The translations under genes and the position numbers were made by a program. Below the pieces are notes generated by a model. It was not told the origin of the DNA, searched no databases, and worked only from the letters and a program-made list of their open reading frames with translations. Of a DNA stretch of 37,366 nucleotides, positions 1-10,866 are shown piece after piece; position 1 is the stretch's first letter, and the number at the start of each line of letters is the position of its first letter. Origin of the DNA: Lama guanicoe (taxonomy: Eukaryota); the NCBI GenBank assembly GCA_013239625.1, contig MU053652.1:8591499-8628864 (forward strand). The letters run 5' to 3'.

Positions 1-704
1 CACAGGTATAAATTATATGTTAGTCATCTTTATTCTTTTAGGAAACTTTTTAAATAAAATATCTGGTCTCTGAAATACTGTGCAAATGAGTGGCACAACT
101 TACAGTTGTGTTTAAAGACAAAAGATCATGTAGTTTACCATTTTCATAGACTATTTCTTCAATGGTATTTTAAGAAAATGCCAAGGATTTCGGTACCACT
201 AGAGTGTGTGGTACTAAGGCAATGAAGCAGAAAATACTTAAACCTTTCTTAAACTTCTGAATGATCATGAATGGCAATTATTACTCCAAATCATTGAAGA
301 GATGCCCGCAGAGCACAATGTACGGTGAAGGGTCTGTTTCCCTAGACGTCCTCAATGGTTCCCTAGATTTTCTAGATTGACACATTTTTCAAGTTCGTAC
401 ACACTTTATAGGATTTTCTAGGTCCTGCCTTGAAGTCAGTCAATCACTTTTCATTCTAATCACTTTGCTGCCTATAGAGTTTCTTATCTTCACCTATTTG
501 CTATTTACTATCATAGAATTAAAAACTAAGTAAGTGAGTTTGTTAGAAGCGTACGTGAAACAATGAATAAACTCCAGGGATTGGTAAGGAGCATTGTTAA
601 CAGTCACGAGCTTGTGACTTTCAGTGGGAGGACTTTGTTGTACCTGTTGAGCAGTATGTTATCCGTTTAGTGTCAGCTGTGTGTGCCTTCTCTTCCATTA
701 TATT

Positions 705-800
705 AACGACACGTTTCTTGAGGGCAAAAGGCACACGATTCCTCCTTGTGTTCCCAAAGCTACCGTCCAGCAGAGTGCTTCAATTACCACTGAAGGAATT
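705..800 (+). mobile_element. L2 LINE 3' fragment
   Basis: ttcttgagggcaaa...ttgtgttccc..gtgcttcaatta resembles the L2 3' end. Confidence 0.45.
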
Positions 801-1275
801 CTCGTATACTTACTGTTTACTTCTTTTATATTTCCAGCAGTTTAGGTCCAAATGAATTAACAGTGGAACCAAAGATCAAAAGCTTCCATACTTGCTAGCT
901 GGCAAGCTCAGTTGTAGTCCTTCTAAATCTTTCACCCTGACATGTCGCAGGAACGTCTTTCCCAGTTATGACTTAAGCAGTTAGACTGGTAACCAGGACA
1001 AGTACCAAGAGAAGCCACAGGTGAGGGTCACGGAATTATGAAGGGCTGGTGAAAGGCCAACAGGAACAGCGGTAACATTACAGCATGCAGCAGTTACCAG
1101 GAAATGTGTGCCCTATAATTCAAACCCTTCCTCCAGGAACAGAGGAAAGAGAGAAGACACGTGCACAGATACTGCTCATTTGCTGCAGCCCTCCTCCTGC
1201 TTAGCCTTCAATGGGATGATAAGAGGAGGCACACTGACCTATGAACTAGCTATTTATGGATGTTTCATATGCTTT

Positions 1276-1547
1276 GTTTATTTATTTATTTACTTACTTA
1301 CTGACTCACTGAAGTACAGTCAGTTACAATGTGTAAATTTCTAGCTGACAGCACGATGTCCAGGTCATGCATATACACACATACATTTGTCTTCATATTC
1401 TTTTTCATTAAGGGTTATTACAAGATATCGAACATAATTCCCTGTGCTATACAGAAGAAACTTCTCAAAATCTATTTTTTATATATCATGGCTAACATTT
1501 GTAAATCTCCAACTCCCAAATTTATCCCTTCCCACCCCCTTTCCCTG
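1276..1547 (-). mobile_element. 5'-truncated lineage-specific L1 3' UTR
   Basis: (TTTA)n/(CTTA)n tail then tgaagtacagtcagttacaatgtgt...ccctgtgctatacag...tttatcccttcccacccc, homologous to the 3076-3684 element. Degenerate TSD tgtttcatatgcttt (1261-1275) / tgtgtcatgtggttt (1548-1562). Confidence 0.85.
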
Positions 1548-2552
1548 TGTGTCATGTGGTTTTTAAAGTGACTTCTCCAACAAAACAGTGCTCTCTCATT
1601 TAAGTAGGAGTTACGCCTTTTTATCTGTATTAATATTTATGTTAGAAACTGGATACGCAAACCTGTGTTGCGTGATCAGTTCTGAAAGCGGAAGTAAGCC
1701 CTACCGCCCTTAGTGTCTTCAGGTCTTTGGGGTGTTCTTCCTGGGGCAGAGCCACCAGATGGGATCTGTGGTGTCAGAAGCTAGTCATAACATAGATAAT
1801 TTACAAGACTATATTAGAGCTGTAAAAATTGACTCTACATAATTGTTTTCTTACTTCTGAGGCTGTAGAGTATTAGTGTTCTCTTTTGAATGAATAAATC
1901 ACTTTTGTGATGATTTCAGCTCTAAACTGAAATAAAGTTGCTTAGAACTGGCAATAAAAAATGACTTGACCTGTTATTTTTCTTTCTACTACTGTATCCA
2001 AACTGAAAAAGGACACATCGAACAATGTTCTGATTGGGAAATAAAGACCAGAATCTAGAATTTATTGCCCAATTAATTCCTTCTCCAGTAACTTCCTATT
2101 TTGGCAAGAGTAGTTAGTAGATTTATAACATAAATGCTGCTTTAACACTGACTTTAATAACTTAATGTGTCTTGATAAACAAATTGATCATCCAGAGTCC
2201 TGTCATCTGTTAACCACAAGCCTAATGATTTTATCTTTCTCTCACAGCTCACTGTAAAGTAGCCTGAAATATTCTAATATGGCAATCTCAGTAAACATAA
2301 TAAAGATCAAACCATGACTTACTTAGATTAGCACTAAGAACTTCTGCCAAAACTACCACTTACATAATCCTTGCCTCTGTGTTCTTCAAAACTGTATTCA
2401 GGTCTAGAAATCTGTTAGTTTAGCCTATTGTCTGAAGGTCAGTAATATTAGAACCAAAGTTAGTCATCTGGAGGTTGTTTTTCTTTAAATGATTCTCAAA
2501 GAACTTTAAAGATTATGTTAGTTTATAGGAGAGAGGGAGAATTTAACCAGAA

Positions 2553-2930
2553 GTGACAGCTATCAATCTATCACCTCCTGGCTCCAAACCCACCCTTCTC
2601 TGCCTGCTCTTAGAGAAGAGAGCTGAACACTGGGAAATAGTCCTTTGCGCTGATCACGGTGTTAAGCTTTGTCAGCAGAGAATGCCAGGGGAATACTGTA
2701 GGAGGAAGGGGCTTCCTTTCCTGATTCTGATGTGCCCGCCTTTGCTTCTTCCTAGTCCTGTCTGTCACCCAGCAACAGGCAGTGTGCAAGTGGGGGGGTG
2801 TCCAGTGCTCCAGCCCATGCCCCAAACCACAAAGCCTCAGGGTGCTCATAGCTCCGCCTTGGCTCAGTAAACACATCACCTTGGCCTCCTGACAGGGACA
2901 TTGCACACCCTAAACTTTGCTCCACTCAGT
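2553..2930 (+). mobile_element. ERVL-class solo LTR, LTR41-like (3' boundary uncertain)
   Basis: tatcaatctatcacctcctggctccaaacccacccttctctgcctgctct...gttaagctttgtcagcagag...ggaggaaggggcttc matches the recalled LTR41 5' part. Confidence 0.65.
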
Positions 2931-3075
2931 CAACGATCATGTTCCCATGTTCACGTTTATATAGCTTCAGCATTTCCCGTAGTTCTGCATCTTTTCTGAT
3001 TTAGAATGAAAGTATAATGTAGTTTTGCAGAATTATGGTACAATTCTTTTGAATTCTCTGCTGCTTGTTACTCTT

Positions 3076-3684
3076 TTGTCTATACATTTTTTTTAATTGA
3101 AGTATAGTCAGTTTACGATGTTGTGTCAATTTCTGGTGTACAGCACAATGCTTCAGTCAAACATGAACATAAAAATATTCGTTTTCATTCTTTTTCACCA
3201 TCAGTTACTGTAAGATATTGAATATAGTTCCCTGTGCTATACAGTATGAACTTGTTGTTTATCTATTTTATATATATTAGTTACTATCTGCAAATCTCGA
3301 ACTCCTAATTTATCCCTTCCCATCCCTTCCTCCCCAGTAGCCATAAGTTTGTTTCCTATGTCTGTGAATCTGTTTCTGTTTTGTAAATAAGTTTGTTTAT
3401 CTTTTCTTTTTTTAAATTCCCCATATGAGTGATATCATATGGTATTTTTCTTTCTCTTTCTGGCTTACTTCACATAGAATGACAATCTCTAGGTCCATCC
3501 ATGTTGCTGCAAATGGCATTATTTTATTATTTTTTATGGCAGAGTAGTATTCCACTTTATACCCATACCATGGCTTCTTTATCCAGTCATCTGTTGGTGG
3601 ACATTTAGGTTGCTTCCATGTCTTGGCTATTGTAAATAGTGCTGCTGTGAACACTGGGGTGCATGTATCTTTTTGAATTAAGGT
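3076..3684 (-). mobile_element. Young 5'-truncated L1 (ORF2 C-terminus plus 3' UTR) with 17-bp TSD
   Basis: ORF 3412-3654(-) MFTAALFTIAKTWKQPKCP... is the L1 ORF2p C-terminus. T-rich tail at left. TSD tgctgcttgttactctt (3059-3075) / tgccgcttgttactctt (3685-3701). Confidence 0.93.
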
Positions 3685-4089
3685 TGCCGCTTGTTACTCT
3701 TAAATACCACAGCAACTCTGCTGATCAAGAGCATGAGGTCTTGTGGAGGAACATTAAGGAAAAGAATAACAGCAGCTTTGCCTGCGCTAACCTGACAAGA
3801 GATACATAACCACTTCCTTGATACTAGAGAAGATTCATGCAGATACTTAAGCATTGCTTTGAGGCATACTAAGATTTAGATCCCCAGCTGATCTAACTTC
3901 TTAGAGCCAACGAAGTTACCATAAACGTAAAGAAATCCAAATTTGGAAAACTTTGAACAGAGACATACTATTCACTGGACATTTTCCGAAGCTTTAGCAT
4001 TTGCCATAATAATGTTCTGTGTGTCCATAAAATTATAATATTGGATGAATTCATGGAAAGACAGTATGTCAGGACCTCAGGCTTGGCAC

Positions 4090-4255
4090 TAGGGATACTC
4101 ATGGTTACTAGATTGGTTATTGTTTTCAGTAGAAAGGGTAAAAATAGGAAATATGGGCTTATGGACCTTTAATTTTAGATAGATATATATGTACATATAT
4201 ATGGAAGTTCATACTGATAATTCCAATTTAAGTTTAGGACCACAACTGCTTATCT
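4090..4255 (-). mobile_element. Old L1MC-type 3' UTR fragment
   Basis: gttcatactgataattccaattt...gaccaca and the preceding TA-rich stretch resemble L1MC4/5 antisense. Confidence 0.45.
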
Positions 4256-4424
4256 TCTTAGAGAGAGAGGAGACTGGAGGGCTTCTGGATACTTGGCAAG
4301 GCCCAGTTACCTTGTCACCAAACCAAGGGCATTTGCCTGTAGTAACTCATTAAGTTCTCTGTTTGTTTCATGTGGTTTTCTGCATGTGGATTATTTACCT
4401 TGTTTCATATCATAAAAGATGTTT

Positions 4425-4601
4425 TAAAATCACCAAAATTGCAAAGTTAAAAAGATGGCAATGGTTTAAGATTAAAAAATAATGCTCCGTTACATCCTAG
4501 TATGAAACAGCTTCGTAATGTGATACTGAGGATATTTTAAAAAATGAACTATCAACCATGTGAAAAGACATGGAGAAACTTTAAATGCATGTTACTAAGT
4601 G
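4425..4601 (+). mobile_element. Old L1M (MB/MC-type) 3' fragment
   Basis: aaatgaactatcaaccatgtgaaaagacatggagaaactttaaatgcatgttactaagtg is a typical L1MB/MC 3' motif. Confidence 0.6.
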
Positions 4602-5269
4602 GTTTTTTTTTTATAGGAAGGTGATTTTTTTCAAGAATATTTTAGTGCATTACACTGTGCTTAGCAGGACTACTGATTAGGGAGGTAATTTGCTACACTC
4701 ATCTTTTATTTATCTACTTAGTCATTTATTTAAATGACTGCTTTTATTTTTTTCCTCTTCTAAGATTCCAGTATTTATGGTCCCCAGTTAATCAGAGATT
4801 GCACTGATGTCTTTCCCTCCTATATATTTCCTTTCATAGAATGTAGTCAACTGAAGTCCCATTGAAGTCCCAAAGGACTACTCTCCTTGTAATAATATCA
4901 TGCTGCGTGGTTTCTTAAGCAAATCAGTTCTCCATCTATCAGAAGGAAATGATATACACACGGAGGTTATACATGTTGACTGAAGGATTTTCATGACAGA
5001 AAACAACGTCAGAAAACAAGAGGCATCTACTTCTACTTAGCTATAAATGTAAAACGTTGACTGAAGATGCTGAAAGCTAAAAAGTCTGTTAGATAATAAA
5101 TGTTTTGTAGAAAACAAAAAAGAAAGCAACTAGCATCAAAGACCTTTTTAGCACGGGAATTACAAGTATTAAACACACCGTATGGGTCGGTGTGGGGAGA
5201 GGGGAGAGTTGTCTTTATTGTAAGGCACTGGCTCTGTCTTCAGAATCTCTCCACAGTACAAGGCACATA

Positions 5270-5345
5270 GTATTTATTCATTCAATAAATATTTCAGTGC
5301 TTTCTATCTTCCAGGTATCGCAGTAAATTAGATGCTAAAAATAAA
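5270..5345 (-). mobile_element. L2 3' fragment
   Basis: tttattcattcaataaatatttcagtgctttctatcttccagg resembles the L2 tail antisense. Confidence 0.45.
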
Positions 5346-5980
5346 ACCTAATTCTAGTACTAGTATAGTCATTTTTAAAGTGCAGTGTCATACTATGAAC
5401 TTACTCTACAGAGCCAATGCTATTGTTAATACACACTAAAAACCTGTTTTCAGTTGGCTCTTGATGCACTGTTTGTCATAAAGCTAGGATTCGTATTCTT
5501 TGGGGGTTATATCTAACGTGGAAAAACTGTGGTAAAAGGACCAATGAGTAGGGACCTACCACTGCCCATTCTTTCACCTCACAGATTTTAAGGCAACATA
5601 GGACAGAAACATTATTTATTATCCTAGAGAAAAGTGCAAGCTAATTATGTCTTTATCCGCACCAAGTCCCCTTTGACCCCCACCTGCAAGATGTAAATCG
5701 ATACCTGCAGTTATATCTTTTTCTGTTCTTCCCATTCCCAATTAAAAAACATACTTAAAGCAAAACCATGAGAAAGAACACTTTCATTTTCTCTACAGGT
5801 CCAATTTTTAGACTTAATTACATTAACAGTCTGTAATTATAATGCTTAATTATGCTAATTTGTAATGGTTACATTTAAGTCTTTTTGCTAGTGTGATTGT
5901 GAAATTATATAACTCATCATTTCAAATTGTTTATTAACCATCAATGGAGTGTTTATAGTTCTCTAGTCAAATGAACACTC

Positions 5981-6643
5981 GAAAACTACATCACTTACTA
6001 GTTACCTTGCTTATTTATGTTAAGCCTTTCAGGTGCAGAAATTCTCTTAAAAACTGATCAAAAAATTGGACTGAAAAATGCATGGAGCCCTCAAAGGGGC
6101 ATTCTGAAAATGTCACTGCATTAAAACTACAATTCTGAAGAACAGTCTTATCTTGATTACTTCTTAGTGCTTTAATTAATGACATCATTTTTAGTATAGG
6201 ATTAAAAAGACAATGGATATTGGGAAATCCTTAAATAATGTTTGTTTTCACATTACAGATGTACTGGATTCCCATTTTTTTCAAAGACCATCCCTTAAAT
6301 TAATGCTGAAAAAAACTACATCACTTACAAGTTACCTTGCTTATTTATATTGAGCCTTTCAGATGCAGAAATTCTCTTAAAAACTGATCAAAAAGTTGGA
6401 CTGAAAATGCATGGAGCCCTCAAAGGGGCATTCTGAAAATGTCACTGCATTAAAACTACAATTCTGAAGAACAGTCTTGTCTTGATTACTTCTTAGTGCT
6501 TTAGTTAATGACATCATTTTTAGTATAGGATTAAAAAGACAATGGATATTGGGAAATCCTTAAATAATGTTTGTTTTCACATTACAGATGTACTGGATTC
6601 CCATTTTTTTCAAAGACCATCCCTTAAATTAATGCTGAAAAAA
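5981..6643. repeat. Direct tandem duplication, 2 x ~330 bp
   Basis: ctacatcacttac starts at 5986 and 6316, and both copies end in cccttaaattaatgctgaaaa. About 8 differences counted by eye. Confidence 0.97.
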
Positions 6644-6739
6644 TGAGTATGTCCTTAAAAATGGGAGCTGGGGAGAAGTGAGGTCTGACTGAACATTTTA
6701 AAGGTAATATTTCCTATCCAGGCTAGCTTCTATTTTCAT

Positions 6740-7635
6740 TAAGAATATTTTTTAGAAGTAGTTTTAGGTTCGCAGCAAGGGTGAGGGGAAGGCACAGAGA
6801 TCTTCCATACACTCCTCACCCCTGTGTATGTACAACTTCACTAATGTCAACAGCCTCCAGAGTGGGAATATTTGTTACAGCTGATAAGACCACATGGCCA
6901 CATCATAATCACCCAAAGTCCAGTTTACCTTAGAGTTCACTCTGGGTGTTATCTGTGGGCTTGGACAAATGTATAATGACGTGCGCCGATCATTGTAGAA
7001 TCATGTAGAGTCTTTTCACAGCCCTAAAAATCCTTTGTGCTCTGTTCATTCCTCCCCTCTCCTAACCCCTGGTAACCACTGATCCTTTTGCTTTCTCTGT
7101 AGTTTGCCCTTTCCAGAATGTCGTAGAGTTGGAATCACACAGAAGCCTTTTCAGATTGGCTGCTTTCACTTAGTGACAATACATGTAAGGCTCCATCGTG
7201 TCTTACCATGGTTTTATAGTTCCCTTCTTTTTAGCACTGAATAATATCCCATGTGTCTGAATGTAGCACAGTTTTTTTTTTTATCCTTTCACCTACTAAG
7301 GCCATCTTGGTTGCATCCAAGTTTGGGAAATTATGAAGAAAGCTGCTTCAGACATCCACAGGCATGCTTCTGTGTGAATGCAAGTTTCAACTACTTTGGG
7401 AAAATACCAAGGAGAACAACTGCTGGATTGTATGGGACGAGTGTGTTTGGCTTTGTAAGAAACTGCCAAACTGTCTTCCAAAGTGGCTGTCCTGTTATAT
7501 ATTCCCACCAGCAATGAGTGAGAGGTCCTGTTGCTCCACATCATTACCAGCATTTGGTGTTGTCAAGTGCTCCAGTTTTAGCCGTTCTAATAGGTGTGTA
7601 ATGGGATCCCATTGTTTTAATTTGCGTTTCCCCCA
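6740..7635 (-). mobile_element. L1MB/MC-type 3' end (ORF2 end plus 3' UTR)
   Basis: agttttaggtt..cagcaa, ccagaatgtc..agttggaatcac, ttttcagattggc..ctttcacttag and gtaagaaactgccaaactgtcttccaaagtggctgt are standard L1M antisense motifs. Confidence 0.88.
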
Positions 7636-8074
7636 GCTTTTGTTTGCTTTAAAAATATACCACTAATGTATGTATAGGGACATGGAGGTAAAGTTACTCA
7701 TTTATTTCCATCTTAAAGCTGAGTAAAATGAGACTGAAGAACAGAAGTAAATTGGAACAAATCACACGTCGAGCATATAGAATCTGACTTCAGAATCTAA
7801 CCGCAGCAGGCTATTCTGCCTCCCACGGATTATTTTCTTAATATTTGGGGAAAAAAAAAAATCAAGCATGGTTAGCAAAACCCTAAACACAAATAAGGAG
7901 ACTTATACTAAGCAGATCACATAAGCAAAATGATGACATGAAACCTTCTCAACTTAGTGAAGCCTGAAACAAATGTGGACTTTTGAAACATCAAATGAAG
8001 TACTTTAATAACCATCTTAATTATATCACGAGAACCACAATAGTCTCAGTAAAAACCACAAACTCTGTAACATG

Positions 8075-8315
8075 GGAGTCACACTTTTTGTATGCCCTGC
8101 AGGTTAAGAATATGTCCTCATATATAAATGGTTAAAAAAAACAGAAGTCCATTATTTATGACATGTCAGAATTATATGAAATTAAAATTTTAGTGTTCAT
8201 AAACAAAGTTTTATTGGAATATAGCCACACTTATTCATTCACATACTGCTTTTGCTCAATACAAAAAAGTTAATACAGAGAAGCCATGACCTACAAAGCC
8301 TAAAATATTTACTAC
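8075..8315. mobile_element. MER58B-like hAT-Charlie MITE
   Basis: aattatatgaaattaaaattttagtgttcataaacaaagttttattggaatatagccacac...caaagcctaaaatatttacta. Confidence 0.75.
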
Positions 8316-9329
8316 AAATACATACCAATACATACAAATTGAATCTATACTTTTATTATATGGTTTTGAAAATAGCATTATGATTTTTACAATTAAAGAT
8401 TACTGTAAATCAAGAAACTATGTCAGCCATCAAATAGAATTGTTGTTTTATTAAATTTGTTTTCTTTTGTTTAAATAGAAACCTCCTTCAGACACTTGAT
8501 TCAAGGTTTGTGTACTGTAACAGGCTGAGTGGGAATTCCTAGGTCAGTCCCACAGAGCTTTATCCATAAAGCTCAAAACTCAAATTAAGAAGCATGAAGA
8601 AGAAATTGAAGCAGGCAGTTTTATAAGCAAAAGCTAAGACACAGCTAAGATATAAGAGGCGAAATAAAGAGACTGTTCTGCGCAGACTTCGCAACGCAGC
8701 TACAAGAAAGAAGGTGGTTTGAGTATGTTACCCCTGTAACTCATTAAATTACTCTGCACGTTAACATGGTTTGCTTTCTCTAATCAAAACTGTTAATTGA
8801 GGCAATTTGCAGAAGCTCACCTACTACAGATGGATTGCTAACTAACCTAAAATGCTAGCTAATTCCCTTCTAGCAAGAACTATACTCAAGGCCCCAAACA
8901 ATGCTCAAACTCATAAAGAGGTTCGAATGATTCTGCTTTGGCCTCACATCTGGGAAAACTGTTAATAGGTAACTTCACAAAGCTGTACCCCAGAAAAGTT
9001 CAGCTGCAATTTGTAACCAAAGATCAAAACCTTCATTTAGAAATTAGTGAAACTAACAGGCATTGGTAGGAAAAGTTCCCTTTTAATTCCCAAAGCAGTT
9101 CCGATTGAAATCATTCTGCTTGGGAATTAACCAACTGAATTGTCGTTAGCAGAATGAAAAGATGAAGTTCTACTTTCTCAAAGGTTAAAATTTAAATTTT
9201 AAAGAAATTTTGTGTTAAGGAGTGTGTGCCAAAAAGATTCAGTCTTTATCAAATAGGGAAACATCTGATGCTCATCTCAAATTTCTCACATTCACAGTGA
9301 CATTCTATTTTAGGGAAAAAAAAAAAACA

Positions 9330-9460
9330 CCAACTTCCCTTGCCTCAGTTTCCCTCTCCATAAAACAGGTAGACTAGAACACAATCCCTAAGGATGAGGT
9401 ATTAAATGAATAATACAAATCAAGACTAGTCCTTATTCTGTGTCTGACAAGCAGCAAAAA
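9330..9460 (+). mobile_element. MIR SINE
   Basis: MIR core gcctcagtttccctctccataaaacagg...attaaatgaataatac. Confidence 0.65.
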
Positions 9461-9564
9461 ATTACAGTTTAAGTATTTTGACTTGGCTTGTGATGTCTTT
9501 GCAAATATATTAGCGTCTTCTTTTAACTGCTTCTGGGATCTGAATCTTGTAGAGGGACTCTTCA

Positions 9565-9752
9565 GTGCTTCTAGTATCTCATTTTCAGTATTTAGAATTT
9601 ATTCTCAATTTGGAATTTATCCTTGTGTATTATGTGAGGAACAAATCTAATTTTATTTTTCCATATGGCTATCCAGTTGTTCCAACACTATTTATTTAAG
9701 TCTGTCTTCTCCTCACTTATTTGATATGCCGTCTTTTTCATATACTAAGTTT
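9565..9752 (-). mobile_element. Old L1M ORF2 fragment
   Basis: ttttccatatggctatccagttgttccaacactatttattta is the antisense of the NKWCWNNWIAIW region of ORF2. Confidence 0.7.
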
Positions 9753-9784
9753 TTGACCAGTAAAACAAAATAATATAAACGTAA

Positions 9785-10390
9785 TCCAGTAGCCAAAAGC
9801 TAAACAATCCAGGTGCCCTTCAACAGTGTATTTACAGGTTCGAAGAGGAAACATAGCATGAATGGCCAGAGAAAGCACAGTAGCTGCGTAAAGAGGAAGA
9901 CTGCTCGGCCATAGCAGACACTGAGTGTGTTACAAAGTCTCTACACTTAATTCTGGCAAATTACAAATACGTCCACACTGGATTCAGAAATCCCATCTTT
10001 GGTGTATTCCAAAATACACTGGCAAAAATCCAAAAAAAACTTGAGCACAAGGATATCATGTCGTTATTGATAAGAGCAAACAAACTATGGTTCATCCATG
10101 AAACACAATGATCTGAGGTCTCTACAGAATCTATGTAAAGATCACAGCAAAAACTGTTAAATGAAAAACTGTGATGCAAAGTAACATTTCAGTGATTCTT
10201 CCTGAGTGGGTGTGGTGGGGGAGGGGGTAAAATAGAAAATGTGTTTCCAAAAGAAGCAGTAGAAGGATGAAACAGAAAGCATTAACATGGTTACCTACAG
10301 AAAGGGGGAGGGCAGAGGATTGGAAGCAAGATGTCTGTGAATATATCTTACTATAGTTTAAGCTTTGGAAACCAAATTTCTATTTTAAAT
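9785..10390 (+). mobile_element. Old L1ME-type ORF2/3' UTR fragments
   Basis: Degenerate IAK..KQPKCPS, GL.LPD..TYYK and DP.IPLLGIYP-like segments, then a 3' UTR-like ttaacatggttacct motif. Confidence 0.55.
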
Positions 10391-10404
10391 CAGTAATTTA
10401 CTTT

Positions 10405-10799
10405 CAATTAAAATTTTTACTGAAATAATTGCAGAATCACAGGTATAAGAAATAATGCAGAGAGATCTAATGTCCAGTTTGCTCCAGTGGTAACATTTGC
10501 AAACCTAAAGCACGATACTACAACCAGTGTCTTGACAGACACAATCCATCTGTCTTAACTACCAACTTTATTTGTGTTCCTGTTTGTGTGCATGTTATGC
10601 TGTATACAGTTTTATCACCTGGTGTAAAGGTTCCTATATCCAGCATCACACGGAGATACAAAAACCACAAGGATTCTTCATGCTGCCTTTTTATAGTGTC
10701 ACCCATATCCTTCCCACCACCCGTCACCTCTCTGATCTCTAGAAAACACTAATGTGTCCTTGATTTCCAAAAATTCTGTCATTTCGAAAGTGTTATACA
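10405..10799 (-). mobile_element. L1MD-type 3' UTR
   Basis: tgaaataattgcagaatcacag..taagaaataatgcagagagatc, cagtggtaacatttgcaaa and ccacaaggattcttcatgctgcctttttatag. Confidence 0.78.
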
Positions 10800-10853
10800 T
10801 TGACACAACATTGTAAAATGATTATAAATCAATAAAAAATGTTTAAAAAAAAC
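10800..10853 (+). mobile_element. Extremely truncated young L1 3' terminus (54 bp) with 11-bp TSD
   Basis: ttgacacaacattgtaaaatgattataaatcAATAAAaaatgtttaaaaaaaac flanked by agtgttataca at 10789-10799 and 10854-10864. Confidence 0.85.
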
Positions 10854-10866
10854 AGTGTTATACAGT

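Noticed and set aside
3412..3654. ORFs 3412-3654(-), 13659-13913(+), 23313-23507(-) and 23841-24044(-) as host genes
   Set aside because: They translate to L1 ORF2p C-terminal motifs inside truncated elements.
5981..6643. CRISPR-like or prokaryotic repeat system
   Set aside because: Two contiguous long copies without spacers in mammalian intronic DNA. No repeat-spacer array, operon or cas-like ORF anywhere in the window.
4602..6700. Processed pseudogene suggested by the poly-T at 4603-4612
   Set aside because: No adjacent poly(A) signal, TSD or coding remnant found, and the segment contains an ordinary L2 fragment.
8555..8574. Perfect 9-bp inverted repeat gagctttat-cc-ataaagctc
   Set aside because: One such short hairpin is plausible by chance in 37 kb of AT-rich DNA.
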